Positions 1-9,384 are shown, numbered from the stretch's first letter. The stretch is DNA of 64,000 bases from Bacteroidota bacterium (GCA_023388315.1 JAEWGM010000044.1:46117-110116), one strand, 5' to 3'. Numbers and translations: made by a program. Notes: generated by a model not told the origin, from the letters alone.

Positions 1-1173
1 GGCGAAGCGTTGCGCAATTTCGAACAATTGAAAAAGTACAACAAAGATTGGCGGAAAATTCAATCCATTTCCACTTCCGACCTCGAATATCTGTATGTTC
101 GTTCCTCCTATTCTCAATATCCGCTCAACAAAAGCGAGCAGGAAATGGTGGATTTTTACACATCGGTTGTGGAGAAAAACTGGACAAAATTCGGCTTGTA
201 CGAGCGTTCGCTTATCGCCATTCTGATGCAGAAAAACGGAAAACAAACCGTCACGCAGGATATTTTGAAATCGTATCGCGAGCACGCCACTGTTTCTGAC
301 GAGATGGGAATGTTTTGGGCAAACAACCGCGCACACGTCTTTATGTCGCAATCGGCGGTATCGGTGCATACGTTCATCATGGACGCGTTTCGCGCGAACG
401 GCGCAAAATCCGATGAAATGGACAACCTGAAACGCTGGTTATTGAAACAGAAACAAACGCAAATGTGGGAATCTACGCACGCCACAATGGATGCGGTTTA
501 CGCGCTGTTAAGTACCGGAAGCGATTGGTTCTCGGGTGAGAACAAATCGGTTGTAACCGTTGGAAATAAGGTGATTGAGCCGCAGAAACAGGAGCTCGGT
601 ACGGAATATTTCAAAGAATCGTGGCAGAAAACGGAAATCAATCCGCAAATGGGACGGGTAAAAATCGAGAACCGTGGTAACGCACCCGCTTGGGGCGCAC
701 TCTATTGGCAGTATTACGAAGATTTGGACAAGATTTCGAAAACCGACGCCTCGCTCGATGTGGAGAAACTGCTTTTCGTGGAAAAAACCGATGCTTCGGG
801 AACAAAACTCATCCCGATTACCGAAAACAACCCGCTGAAAGTGGGCGATAAAGTGATTGTTCGGCTTACCGTTCGTGCCGACAGAGATTTGGAATTCGTA
901 CATCTGAAAGATATGCGCGCCGCCGCGTTCGAACCGCTTGAGCAGCTTTCGGGCGTGAAATGGCAAGGCGGAACCATCTATTATCAAACTTCGCGCGACG
1001 CGTCCACCAATTTCTATTTCGACACGCTTCCGCGCGGAACGTACGTGTTCGAATACGGCGTTTTTATTACCCGATCGGGCGATTATTCCAACGGAATTAC
1101 CACCATCCAGTGTATGTACGCGCCGGAATTTATGTCGCACACGGCGGGAGTGAGAATTAATGTTAAAGATTGA
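1..1173 (+). CDS. alpha-2-macroglobulin family protein, C-terminal portion (5' end outside window)
   Basis: Frame is open from base 1 (track ORF 10..1173). Motifs GNAPAWGALYWQYYEDLDKI and LKVGDKVIVRLTVRADRDLEFVHLKDMRAAAFEP resemble the C-terminal domains of bacterial A2M/MG2 proteins. Confidence 0.65.
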   Translation, partial: GEALRNFEQLKKYNKDWRKIQSISTSDLEYLYVRSSYSQYPLNKSEQEMVDFYTSVVEKNWTKFGLYERSLIAILMQKNGKQTVTQDILKSYREHATVSDEMGMFWANNRAHVFMSQSAVSVHTFIMDAFRANGAKSDEMDNLKRWLLKQKQTQMWESTHATMDAVYALLSTGSDWFSGENKSVVTVGNKVIEPQKQELGTEYFKESWQKTEINPQMGRVKIENRGNAPAWGALYWQYYEDLDKISKTDASLDVEKLLFVEKTDASGTKLIPITENNPLKVGDKVIVRLTVRADRDLEFVHLKDMRAAAFEPLEQLSGVKWQGGTIYYQTSRDASTNFYFDTLPRGTYVFEYGVFITRSGDYSNGITTIQCMYAPEFMSHTAGVRINVKD

Positions 1174-1231
1174 GCGCAATTAAACTAAATGATTAATTTT
1201 GCGTCTGAAAACGATAGAGAAAGGAGGAAGA

Positions 1232-1468
1232 ATGAACGCGATAAAATTACAAGCGGAATCTTATTATAAAAATCTTCGAGATTTAAGTCCGGAAATAAAA
1301 ATGGAACTTATTTCGCGCCTTTCCGCATCCATAAAGGATAAACCGAAAACGAACGAAAAAACGGTGGATAAATTATTTGGTTCATTTATATCGGATAATA
1401 CCGCCGAAGAAATTATTGAAGAAATAAAGAGAGACAGGACTATCAATAAAGAGCGTATTGAGTTATGA
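1232..1468 (+). CDS. putative antitoxin partner of the downstream PIN toxin (VapB-like role)
   Basis: 78-aa charged ORF. ATG at 1232 is preceded by AAGGAGG. Its stop overlaps the vapC start in ATGA (1465-1468), typical TA coupling. Confidence 0.6.
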   Translation: MNAIKLQAESYYKNLRDLSPEIKMELISRLSASIKDKPKTNEKTVDKLFGSFISDNTAEEIIEEIKRDRTINKERIEL

Positions 1469-1866
1469 CACAATATCTTCTCGATACAAATATTTGTATT
1501 TATTACTTGAAAGGCTTGTATCAACTGAACGAAAAAATAAAAACGGTTGGAATTGAAAATTGTTTTATTTCTGAGATAACGCTTGCCGAGTTAAAATATG
1601 GAGTGGAAAAAAGCCAACACATCGAAAAGAACAGGAAAAGGATAAATGAATTTTCTCAGATATTTGATGTAGTACCCATTTTTTCAGCGTTAGACTTTTT
1701 CGCCAAAGAAAAAGCGCGATTAAAAAAGATTGGACGAATAATTGAAGACTTTGACTTATTGATTGGTGCAACGGCGGTAGAGAATGAACTCGTGTTAGTA
1801 ACTCGAAACGTATCGGATTTTGAAAGAATCACCAACATCAAAATCGAAGATTGGACAAAACAATAA
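1465..1866 (+). CDS. vapC: type II toxin-antitoxin system VapC family toxin (PIN domain)
   Basis: N-terminus MTQYLLDTNICIYYLKG and C-terminal LVLVTRNVSDFERI are hallmark PIN/VapC acidic-residue motifs. 133 aa. Confidence 0.85.
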   Translation: MTQYLLDTNICIYYLKGLYQLNEKIKTVGIENCFISEITLAELKYGVEKSQHIEKNRKRINEFSQIFDVVPIFSALDFFAKEKARLKKIGRIIEDFDLLIGATAVENELVLVTRNVSDFERITNIKIEDWTKQ

Positions 1867-1897
1867 TAAACAACAAACCATATACAAAATACAAAAA

Positions 1898-2284
1898 ATG
1901 AAAAAGTTAAGTTTTATTTTACTCTTTAGCGTTTTATTGAGTGGCGTTGCTTTCGCTCAAGCAAAACCTGAAGCCAAGTTCATAAAAAAAGAACACAATT
2001 TTGGAACCATTAAAGAAGAAATAGGCGCGGTAACCACGCAGTTTGAATTTACCAACACGGGAAAGAGTCCGCTTATTATACAGCGCGTTTCGGCATCGTG
2101 TGGCTGCACCACGCCAAGCTATACGCGCGAACCAATTTTGCCCGGCAAAAAGGGCAAGATTGATGTGAGGTATTCAACCATTGCGCGTCCCGGGAACTTC
2201 CATAAAACCATCACGGTTTACACGAATGTGCCCGATACGGTGTATGTGTTATCCATAAAAGGAAATGTGACGCCCAAAAGATAA
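1898..2284 (+). CDS. DUF1573 domain-containing protein (secreted)
   Basis: Signal peptide MKKLSFILLFSVLLSGVAFA from ATG 1898. Motif RVSASCGCTTP is typical of DUF1573. The upstream part of track ORF 1820.. overlaps vapC and is unlikely to be coding. Confidence 0.8.
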   Translation: MKKLSFILLFSVLLSGVAFAQAKPEAKFIKKEHNFGTIKEEIGAVTTQFEFTNTGKSPLIIQRVSASCGCTTPSYTREPILPGKKGKIDVRYSTIARPGNFHKTITVYTNVPDTVYVLSIKGNVTPKR

Positions 2285-2308
2285 TTCAGCCATTTTTGGT
2301 TGTAATAA

Positions 2309-2357
2309 CAGACCGGATAGAGTATCTTTGTAGAAAGATATTTTATCCGGTTTTTTA
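2309..2357 (+). terminator. intrinsic terminator hairpin after the DUF1573 gene (also contains the meaB -7 box)
   Basis: ACCGGATAGAGTATCTTT..AAAGATATTTTATCCGGT stem followed by TTTTTT. Confidence 0.5.
2323..2330 (+). promoter_or_regulatory. Bacteroidota -7 promoter box (TAnnTTTG) for meaB
   Basis: TATCTTTG lies 42 nt upstream of ATG 2372. Confidence 0.45.
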
Positions 2358-2371
2358 TTAAGAAATCAATT

Positions 2372-3466
2372 ATGCACCATCCCGAAAACGATCCGAAATA
2401 CACAGGACTAGTTGTAAACAAAGGCGTTAGCCAACCTCCGAGTGTGAATCCGTATTTAAAAAAGCGACAACGCTCGCTGTATTCTGTCGATGAGTTTGCC
2501 GATGGCATTTTATCGGGAAACATTACTGTGCTTAGCCAAGCGGTTACGTTAGTGGAAAGCTCAAAGCCTGAGCATCAGGAAGTGGCGCAAGCTATTATCG
2601 AAAAATGCCTGCCTTATGCCGGGAAATCGTTAAGGGTGGGAATCACCGGTGTTCCCGGCGCGGGAAAAAGCACATCCATTGACTCGTTTGGGATGTATTT
2701 GCTCAGTAGAGGACACAAATTGGCTGTGCTTGCCATTGACCCATCGAGTGAACGTTCAAAAGGCAGCATTTTGGGCGATAAAACCCGCATGGAAAAACTC
2801 TCATTAGAGAAAAACGCGTTTATTCGTCCTTCGCCTTCGGAGGGATCGCTGGGTGGAGTGGCGCGCAAAACACGTGAAACCATTATTTTGTGCGAAGCGG
2901 CCGGCTTCGATTATGTATTTGTGGAAACTGTTGGGGTGGGGCAGTCGGAAACCGCCGTACATTCTATGGTGGATTTCTTTCTGCTCATTCAACTTGCCGG
3001 TACCGGCGATGAATTGCAGGGAATCAAGCGGGGTATTATGGAAATGGCCGATGGCATTGTCATTAACAAAGCCGATGGCGACAACATTGAAAAAGCCAAA
3101 ATGGCGCAACGGCATTTCGCCAACGCGCTGCATTTGTTCCCGCTTCCCGACTCGGGGTGGACACCCGAAGTATTGACTTACTCGGGATACTACAACTTGG
3201 GCATTGCCGAAGTATGGGATATGGTGCACAGATATGTGGACTTTGTAAAACAAAACGGATTTTTCGACCAAAAACGAAACGAGCAATCCAAATATTGGAT
3301 GTACGAATCCATCAACGAGCGCTTGCGCAACGATTTTTACCAAAACGCGGAAATCGAGAAATTGATGCCACGTCTTGAGGCTGAGGTGCTTTCAGCGAAA
3401 AAAAGTTCGTTTGTGGCGGCAAAAGAAGCATTGGATCGATATTATGAGAAGACTATTAGACATTAG
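2372..3466 (+). CDS. meaB: methylmalonyl-CoA mutase-associated GTPase MeaB (ArgK/LAO transport ATPase family)
   Basis: P-loop GITGVPGAGKST, then DPSS..GSILGDKTRM and NKADG motifs. 364 aa. Confidence 0.9.
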   Translation: MHHPENDPKYTGLVVNKGVSQPPSVNPYLKKRQRSLYSVDEFADGILSGNITVLSQAVTLVESSKPEHQEVAQAIIEKCLPYAGKSLRVGITGVPGAGKSTSIDSFGMYLLSRGHKLAVLAIDPSSERSKGSILGDKTRMEKLSLEKNAFIRPSPSEGSLGGVARKTRETIILCEAAGFDYVFVETVGVGQSETAVHSMVDFFLLIQLAGTGDELQGIKRGIMEMADGIVINKADGDNIEKAKMAQRHFANALHLFPLPDSGWTPEVLTYSGYYNLGIAEVWDMVHRYVDFVKQNGFFDQKRNEQSKYWMYESINERLRNDFYQNAEIEKLMPRLEAEVLSAKKSSFVAAKEALDRYYEKTIRH

Positions 3467-3502
3467 ACTGTTGGATTTCAGACTTAAACCCTTAAAATAA
3501 AA

Positions 3503-3534
3503 ACGGGGAATGAAAATTAACTTCATTTCCCCGT
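3503..3534. terminator. bidirectional terminator hairpin between convergent meaB and yebC
   Basis: CGGGGAATGAA-loop-TTCATTTCCCCG, flanked by an A-run upstream and T-rich sequence downstream. Confidence 0.55.
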
Positions 3535-3570
3535 CTTGGCTCATTGCCCAACGCTCAACGCTCTCCGCCC

Positions 3571-4281
3571 TTACTCCATATTGTGAAACACGTTTTGAAC
3601 GTCTTCGTCTTCTTCAAATTTTTCGAGCAATTTTTCAATTTGTTCGCGTTGCTCATCGGTGAGCGATTTGGTGTCGAGCGGTATGCGTTCAAACTCGGCA
3701 GAATGGATTTCGAATCCGTTTTCTTCCAAATACGATTGAATTTCGGCGTACGATTTAAACTCGCCGTAGAGCACAATGTCTTCATCTTCCACTTCCACTT
3801 CATCCACGCCGTAATCAATCAATTCCAGTTCCAAATCTTCCAAAGAAACGCCTTCTTTGGGCGCGATTTTAAATACGCACTTGTGGTCGAAAAGAAACTC
3901 CAAGCTTCCCGATGTGCCCAACGACCCGCCGTGTTTGTTAAAATAGCTGCGCACGTTTGCCACGGTACGCGTGGTGTTGTCGGTAGCGGTTTCAACCACA
4001 ATGGCCACGCCAAAGGGGCCATAGCCTTCGTACACCATTTCTTTGTAATCGGTGAAATCTTTTTCAGTGGCTTTTTTAATGGCGCGCTCCACGTTGTCTT
4101 TGGGCATATTTTCTTTCTTGGCTTGCTGAATGAGCACGCGCAAACGCGGATTGGTGTCAGGATCGGGACCGCCCGATTTTGCGGCAATGGTAATTTCCTT
4201 TCCCAATTTTGTAAAAACGCGGGCCATATTGCCCCAGCGTTTCAATTTTCTTGCTTTTCTGTATTCAAATGCTCTTCCCAT
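3571..4281 (-). CDS. YebC/PmpR family DNA-binding transcriptional regulator
   Basis: MGRAFEYRKARKLKRWGNMARVFTKLGKEI.. is the canonical YebC N-terminus. Start set at the internal Met (codon 25 of track ORF 3571..4353). Confidence 0.9.
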   Translation of the reverse strand: MGRAFEYRKARKLKRWGNMARVFTKLGKEITIAAKSGGPDPDTNPRLRVLIQQAKKENMPKDNVERAIKKATEKDFTDYKEMVYEGYGPFGVAIVVETATDNTTRTVANVRSYFNKHGGSLGTSGSLEFLFDHKCVFKIAPKEGVSLEDLELELIDYGVDEVEVEDEDIVLYGEFKSYAEIQSYLEENGFEIHSAEFERIPLDTKSLTDEQREQIEKLLEKFEEDEDVQNVFHNME

Positions 4282-4412
4282 AATATTGATGTTTGCTTTT
4301 AGCCATTGGCTATTGGCTGTTTTTTGTATATGTTTTTTTAACTGTAGAGACACGGTATTTCATGTCTTTACCGACGGGTACATTCAATCAGACGCATTCA
4401 ATGCGTCTCTAC

Positions 4413-6875
4413 TTATCGCAATGATGCGCTCAATTCTTTTTCCAGATTCAAGCGAATTTTCTGCATTACAGCATCAATTTGTTTGTCTTTTAGGGTTTTA
4501 TCGTTGTCTTGCAGCACAAAGTTTACGGCGTATGACTTTTTTCCTTCGGGCAGGTTTTTCCCTTCGTACACATCGAATAGCGACACTTCTTTCAGCAATT
4601 TTCGTTCGGATTTTTTGGCGATTTCTTCAATTTGCGCGAAAGTGACGTTCTTATCAATTAGTAATGCTAAGTCGCGGCTTACAGGCGGGAATTTGGAAAT
4701 TTCGACAAATTGAACCGATTTTTTTGCTGTTTCTTTCAGCATAGTGTCCCAATTCAGTTCCGCGAAGAAGACGTCCGTGTCAATATCAAACGTTTGGCAT
4801 ATTTTCGAGGAAACCACGCCAAAAACGCCTATTTGTTTTTGATGCGTGCGGATATTCATCGCCACATCGAAAAGGCTGTTTGAAAGTGGCTCAAAAATGA
4901 GTTGATTTTCTGAAAATCCGATGCGTTTAAAGAGGTTTTCAATATGCGCTTTCAACTCAAAAATGGAGTTTTCCGCTTCGGCCGCTGCCCAGTTTTTATG
5001 GGTGCGTTTCCCGCACATCCACAACGCGATATGTGATTCTTCATTGTACTCGGCGAGGATTTTATCGCTGTTTTTTTGTTCGGCATCGTAAAAATAGCAG
5101 TTCCCGAATTCGTAAAAACGTAAATCGTTATGCTTGCGGTTGCGGTTGTAGGCAATACTTTCTAATCCGCCATAGAGCAGCGTTTGTCGCATCACGCCCA
5201 AATCGTTGCTGAGCGGATTCAGTAATTTAACGGAGTTTTCTATGGGGAAAAAGTCGTTGTTTTCGTAATAGGCGCGTTTGGTGAGCGAATTGTTCATTAT
5301 TTCACCGAAGCCGTTAGCGGTAAGCTGTTCCGAAACAAGCGTTTGCAATTGATGCTTGCGGTCGGTTGGCGTTTGGTAAGACAAGCTCGATTGCAAGGTG
5401 CTGCCAATTTCCACGTTGTTGTATCCGTAAATGCGAAGAATGTCTTCAATTACATCCACATCACGCAGCACATCTACCCGATACGTTGGGATGCGAAGGG
5501 TGAGCGTGTCTTCCGTTTCGTTTTCAATCTCCATTTCAAGGCTTTGCAGAATGGATTTTATTGTTTCTTTCGGAATTTCTTTTCCGATAAGTTTATTTGC
5601 TTTGTCCAACGAAAGGGTAACTACCGGTTTCTCTACAGGGGTGGGGTAGATGTCGCGAATTTCGCCTTCAATTTCGCCTCCCGCCAATTCCTTGATGAGC
5701 ATGGCGGCACGTTTGAGGACATACACAGTGTTGTTTGGGTCGGCACCGCGCTCAAAACGGAACGAGGAATCGGTGTTTAGCGCGTGGCGTCGCGAGGTTT
5801 TGCGCACCCAAGTGGGATTGAAATAAGCCGATTCCAAAAACACGTCTGTTGTGCTTTCGGTCACACCCGATTTCAATCCGCCGAAAACTCCGGCAATGCA
5901 CATGCCATCTTCGGCGTTGCAAATCATCAAATCGTCGGCGCTAAGTTCGCGCTCTTGCTCGACGAGCGTTGTGAATTTGGTTTTTTCGGGAAGTGTGCGC
6001 ACCACCACTTTGTTTCCGGTGATTTGCGCCACATCGAAAGCGTGCAGAGGATGTCCGGTTTCGTGCAACACGAAATTGGTGATGTCCACAATATTGTTGA
6101 TGGGGCGTAGTCCGATAAGCAACAGTTTGTTTTTCAACCAATCGGGGCTCTCTTTTACTTCAACGCCGCGAATGGTCAAACCCGAATATCGGGGGCAGGC
6201 TTCGCTGTTTTCAACCGAAACGTCGATTCCGCCCGTTTTTTTATCGATTTTAAAACCCTCAACCGAAGGTTTGGTGAGTTTGTATGGCTTTCCGGCTTGA
6301 CGAAGGTGCGCCGCCAAATCGCGTGCCACGCCGTAGTGCGACGCGCCATCAACACGGTTGGGCGTGATGTCCACTTCCAACACGTAGTCGCTTTTTACGT
6401 TGTAATAATCCTTGGCAAGCGTTCCGGGAACGGCATCGGCGGGCAAAACGATAATGCCGTCGTGCGATGTTCCGATTCCAATTTCGTCTTCGGCGCAAAT
6501 CATTCCGAAAGATTCTTCGCCACGGATTTTTGAGCGTTTTATGGTAAACTCGTCGTCGCCCGAGTATAGTTTTGTTCCAACGGTGGCAACCACCACTTTT
6601 TGTCCGGCAGCCACGTTGTGCGCGCCGCAAACAATTTTCAGCGGCTCTTCCCCGCTCCCGATATTAACGGTTGTAACGTGCAGGTGGTCTGAGTTGGCGT
6701 GCTTTTCGCAAGTTAGCACTTCGCCAATAACCAATCCCTCCAAACCGCCTTTTATGGTTTGAATTTCTTCTACCGTGCCAACTTCCAAACCGATGGAAGT
6801 GAGCGCGTCTGCCGTTTCTTGCGGCGAAAGATCGAATTGCAGATAATCTTTCAGCCAGTTGTATGAAATGTTCAT
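4413..6875 (-). CDS. pheT: phenylalanine--tRNA ligase beta subunit
   Basis: 820 aa. MNISYNWLKDYL start, tRNA-binding domain, B3/4, B5 and FDX-ACB regions are recognisable. Confidence 0.95.
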   Translation of the reverse strand: MNISYNWLKDYLQFDLSPQETADALTSIGLEVGTVEEIQTIKGGLEGLVIGEVLTCEKHANSDHLHVTTVNIGSGEEPLKIVCGAHNVAAGQKVVVATVGTKLYSGDDEFTIKRSKIRGEESFGMICAEDEIGIGTSHDGIIVLPADAVPGTLAKDYYNVKSDYVLEVDITPNRVDGASHYGVARDLAAHLRQAGKPYKLTKPSVEGFKIDKKTGGIDVSVENSEACPRYSGLTIRGVEVKESPDWLKNKLLLIGLRPINNIVDITNFVLHETGHPLHAFDVAQITGNKVVVRTLPEKTKFTTLVEQERELSADDLMICNAEDGMCIAGVFGGLKSGVTESTTDVFLESAYFNPTWVRKTSRRHALNTDSSFRFERGADPNNTVYVLKRAAMLIKELAGGEIEGEIRDIYPTPVEKPVVTLSLDKANKLIGKEIPKETIKSILQSLEMEIENETEDTLTLRIPTYRVDVLRDVDVIEDILRIYGYNNVEIGSTLQSSLSYQTPTDRKHQLQTLVSEQLTANGFGEIMNNSLTKRAYYENNDFFPIENSVKLLNPLSNDLGVMRQTLLYGGLESIAYNRNRKHNDLRFYEFGNCYFYDAEQKNSDKILAEYNEESHIALWMCGKRTHKNWAAAEAENSIFELKAHIENLFKRIGFSENQLIFEPLSNSLFDVAMNIRTHQKQIGVFGVVSSKICQTFDIDTDVFFAELNWDTMLKETAKKSVQFVEISKFPPVSRDLALLIDKNVTFAQIEEIAKKSERKLLKEVSLFDVYEGKNLPEGKKSYAVNFVLQDNDKTLKDKQIDAVMQKIRLNLEKELSASLR

Positions 6876-6972
6876 TCTATTTATATTTACGCATTTCGGA
6901 TTTGCTTTCCGAAAAAACGTTCAAAATTACAAAAAATCGATGGATAAAGGAAGAAAGAAGGGTTTTGATTTT

Positions 6973-7272
6973 TTAAGGTGCGAAAAACTCAACTTTGCCA
7001 CATTTGGGACAAACATATAAATCGAACGATTCGCGGTTGGTGAAAATCTCCATAAAACCGCCAAGGGCGCCAACACGAGGGCCTTCGTGAAATTTAAAAT
7101 TTCCGCTAAAGTGCATGGGAATATCATTGCAGCGCAAGCAATCGATTTGTCTTTTCAGCTGATCGTGCTCAATGATATCCAATACTTTTTCTTCGGAAAA
7201 GCTGTAATTGCAATTCCAACATAGTTGAAAGTTGTCTATTACTTCAGCTTGGCAGTTGGGGCAGTATTTCAT
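6973..7272 (-). CDS. hypothetical double zinc-ribbon protein
   Basis: 99 aa with CPNC..CWNC at the N-terminus and CLRC..CPKC at the C-terminus. No family recognised. Confidence 0.55.
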   Translation of the reverse strand: MKYCPNCQAEVIDNFQLCWNCNYSFSEEKVLDIIEHDQLKRQIDCLRCNDIPMHFSGNFKFHEGPRVGALGGFMEIFTNRESFDLYVCPKCGKVEFFAP

Positions 7273-7340
7273 GATGTTTTTTTACAAAAGTAATAAAAAA
7301 CATGTGTTAATCCTTTATTCTGCGTTTCAAGAGAGTGATT

Positions 7341-7433
7341 TTTTATATTCCGCTCTTTCAGAGCTTGCTTTTGTGAGGAAATTCATCACCCAACGTTGCA
7401 CGTTGGGCTAATGTATGTAAGCCTTTCAGGCTT
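7341..7433. repeat. 93-bp structured repeat, copy A (three GNRA-loop hairpins on the minus strand)
   Basis: Differs by one base from 7855..7947. Contains the GCTCTTTCAGAGC, CCCAACGTTGCACGTTGGG and AAGCCTTTCAGGCTT hairpins. Confidence 0.9.
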
Positions 7434-7441
7434 TTTTGTGG

Positions 7442-7501
7442 GAAATTCCAAATTGCAGATAAATCTTCAGCCGCTTTATTGGTTAAATGAAATTCAGCCA
7501 T
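7442..7501 (-). pseudogene. parE/relE-family toxin remnant (first ~20 codons only)
   Basis: Minus-strand translation MAEFHLTNKAAEDLSAIWNF is a typical ParE N-terminus. The frame then runs straight into repeat copy A and stops. Confidence 0.6.
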
Positions 7502-7655
7502 TTTTTCTTTTTTCTGCTTTCAATTTTTCAAGATGGCCTTGAGGATCAAAATCTACGGCGATTCCACTTTTTTGACCTTCGATAATAGCATTTTTCAGAA
7601 TAAGGGTTTTATTCTCTTCTTCTTCCAATAACCGCAAGTCGGCAGGAATTACTTC
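7494..7655 (-). pseudogene. parD-family antitoxin remnant (C-terminal ~53 codons, no start)
   Basis: Minus-strand translation EVIPADLRLLEEEENKTLILKNAIIEGQKSGIAVDFDPQGHLEKLKAEKRKNG* matches the ParD C-terminal pattern. Its stop overlaps the parE' ATG (ATGGCTGA). Confidence 0.6.
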
Positions 7656-7657
7656 AA

Positions 7658-7704
7658 AGGAAAAAGAGAGGTTTTGGATTTTTAAGGTGCGAAAAACTTT
7701 GCCA
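7658..7704. repeat. duplicated copy of the 3' end and downstream flank of the zinc-ribbon gene
   Basis: GGTTTTGGATTTTTAAGGTGCGAAAAAC..TTTGCCA matches 6948..7000 (GGTTTTGATTTTTTAAGGTGCGAAAAACTCAACTTTGCCA). Confidence 0.75.
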
Positions 7705-7725
7705 TAATTGATGGTTCTTTAGTTT

Positions 7726-7805
7726 AAGGCTGAAAGCCTGAATTTAATCTAGCCCAACGTGAAACGTTGGGTTGAATAGAACGGTTTCCCAAGTCCTGAA
7801 AGGAC
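7726..7805 (+). repeat. triple GNRA-hairpin module (inverted relative to the 93-bp repeats)
   Basis: AGGCTGAAAGCCT, CCCAACGTGAAACGTTGGG and GTCCTGAAAGGAC hairpins in series. Confidence 0.8.
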
Positions 7806-7854
7806 GTTTTAATTTTTATAACACAATGATAATTGCATTGTGATGAGCCATATT

Positions 7855-7947
7855 TTTTATATTCCGCTCTTTCAGAGCTTGCTTTTGTAAGGAAATTCAT
7901 CACCCAACGTTGCACGTTGGGCTAATGTATGTAAGCCTTTCAGGCTT
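7855..7947. repeat. 93-bp structured repeat, copy B
   Basis: One mismatch (G/A) versus 7341..7433, in direct orientation, 514 bp apart. Confidence 0.9.
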
Positions 7948-8032
7948 TACTTGCTTCAATTTGTTCTGATAAACATGGTGGTAATCAAAAAAACAAACCA
8001 CTGTTTTTTTGCGGGAAGTTACAAAAAACCGC

Positions 8033-8068
8033 ACAAAATTTCTTCTGTGCGGTTTTATTTCGTCGTTA
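8033..8068 (-). terminator. intrinsic terminator of pgk
   Basis: Minus strand reads AAAACCGCACA-loop-TGTGCGGTTTTTTGT, about 55 nt after the pgk stop. Confidence 0.65.
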
Positions 8069-8121
8069 TCGCGCGTGGCTCGTATTTGTCGCGGGCGATA
8101 TCACAATGCTACTGCCTGTTC

Positions 8122-9384
8122 TTAGTAACCTCTTATCGCTTTAATTCCCGGAAGCACTTTTCCTTCAATCATTTCGAGCAGGGCGCCGCCACCGGTTGAA
8201 ACGTAAGAAACTTCATCGGCAAGGCCAAATTTGTTAATGCATGCCACGGAATCGCCACCGCCGATAAGCGAGAAAGCGCCTTTTTGTGTGGCTTCTACAA
8301 TGGCGTTGGCCACTGCACGTGAGCCACCGTCGAAATTATCGAATTCGAAAACACCCACGGGGCCGTTCCACAAAATGGTTTTGGAGTTTTTAATGACTTC
8401 GGCAAAAGCTTTTTCCGATTCGGGGCCGATATCGAGCCCTTCCCAACCTTCGGGTATTTCTTTTACGGGTGCCAGTTTCATATTGGCGTCGTTGCTGAAA
8501 TCGTCGGCTATTTTGGCATCTGTTGCCAGCACCAAATTCACGCCTTTGTCTTTTGCCAACATCACAATTTCCTGTGCCAATGCCAATTTGTCGTCTTCCA
8601 CAATGGATTTGCCAATTTCGCCGCCATCGGCTTTGGCAAAAGTGTAGGTCATTCCGCCGGCAAGAATGAGGTTGTCCACTTTGTCCAACAAATTCTTGAT
8701 GAGGTCAATTTTTGTGGAAACTTTGGAGCCTCCCATAATGGCTGTGAAAGGGCGTTGCGTGTCGTTCATCACTTTTTCAACCGCGGTAATTTCGTTTGCC
8801 AAAAGGTAGCCGAACATTTTGTGCTTTTCATCGAAAGAATCGGCGATGAGCGCGGTGGAAGCGTGCGCGCGATGCGCTGTTCCAAATGCGTCATTCACAT
8901 ATACATCGGCATACGAAGCCAACTTTTTAGCGAATTCTTTTTGCGATTCTTTGATGTCTTTTTTGGCTTGCGCGGTTTCTTCTTCCGACGCGTCTTCGGC
9001 CAATCCGCGTGGTTTGCCTTCTTCCTCGGCATAAAAACGAAGGTTTTCAAGCAACAACGCTTCGCCGGGACGCAGAGCAGCCGCTTTGGCTTCGGCCTCT
9101 TCTCCGATGCAGTCGTTGGCAAATTGCACATCCACGCCCAGCAATTCCGACACGCGGGGCAAAATGTGTTTCAACGAGAATTTATCGGCGGGGCCTTTAG
9201 GGCGGCCAAGATGCGAGCCGATGATGACGCTGCCGCCGTCTTTTAAAATCTTCTTTAACGTGGGCACTGCCGCGCGAATGCGGGTGTCATCGGTAATATT
9301 GAAATTTTCGTCGAGCGGAACATTAAAATCCACGCGTACAAAGGCCTTTTTATCGGCAAAATTGAAAGAGTCAATGGTTTGCAT
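8122..9384 (-). CDS. pgk: phosphoglycerate kinase
   Basis: 420 aa. [21 protein letters not shown] and STGGGA motifs. Confidence 0.95.
   Translation of the reverse strand: MQTIDSFNFADKKAFVRVDFNVPLDENFNITDDTRIRAAVPTLKKILKDGGSVIIGSHLGRPKGPADKFSLKHILPRVSELLGVDVQFANDCIGEEAEAKAAALRPGEALLLENLRFYAEEEGKPRGLAEDASEEETAQAKKDIKESQKEFAKKLASYADVYVNDAFGTAHRAHASTALIADSFDEKHKMFGYLLANEITAVEKVMNDTQRPFTAIMGGSKVSTKIDLIKNLLDKVDNLILAGGMTYTFAKADGGEIGKSIVEDDKLALAQEIVMLAKDKGVNLVLATDAKIADDFSNDANMKLAPVKEIPEGWEGLDIGPESEKAFAEVIKNSKTILWNGPVGVFEFDNFDGGSRAVANAIVEATQKGAFSLIGGGDSVACINKFGLADEVSYVSTGGGALLEMIEGKVLPGIKAIRGY

Noticed and set aside
3544-4302. 252-aa plus-strand ORF
   Set aside because: It lies entirely antisense to the well-supported YebC gene. 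Its composition is low-complexity and F/H/V-rich, typical of a shadow ORF.
7724-7915. 63-aa ORF (also 22184-22387 and 33329-33574) translated from repeat DNA
   Set aside because: The reading frames run through hairpin and TIR repeats. Such repeat-derived peptides are annotation artefacts.
7341-7947. The 93-bp repeats as integron attC sites bounding a TA cassette (ACCCAAC..GTTGGGC resembles the R''/R' core consensus)
   Set aside because: The AAC/GTT match lies within one short 7-bp-stem hairpin rather than a 60-140-bp attC with L'/L'' and extrahelical bases. There is no integrase in the window. Any palindrome containing AAC..GTT would fit the consensus.
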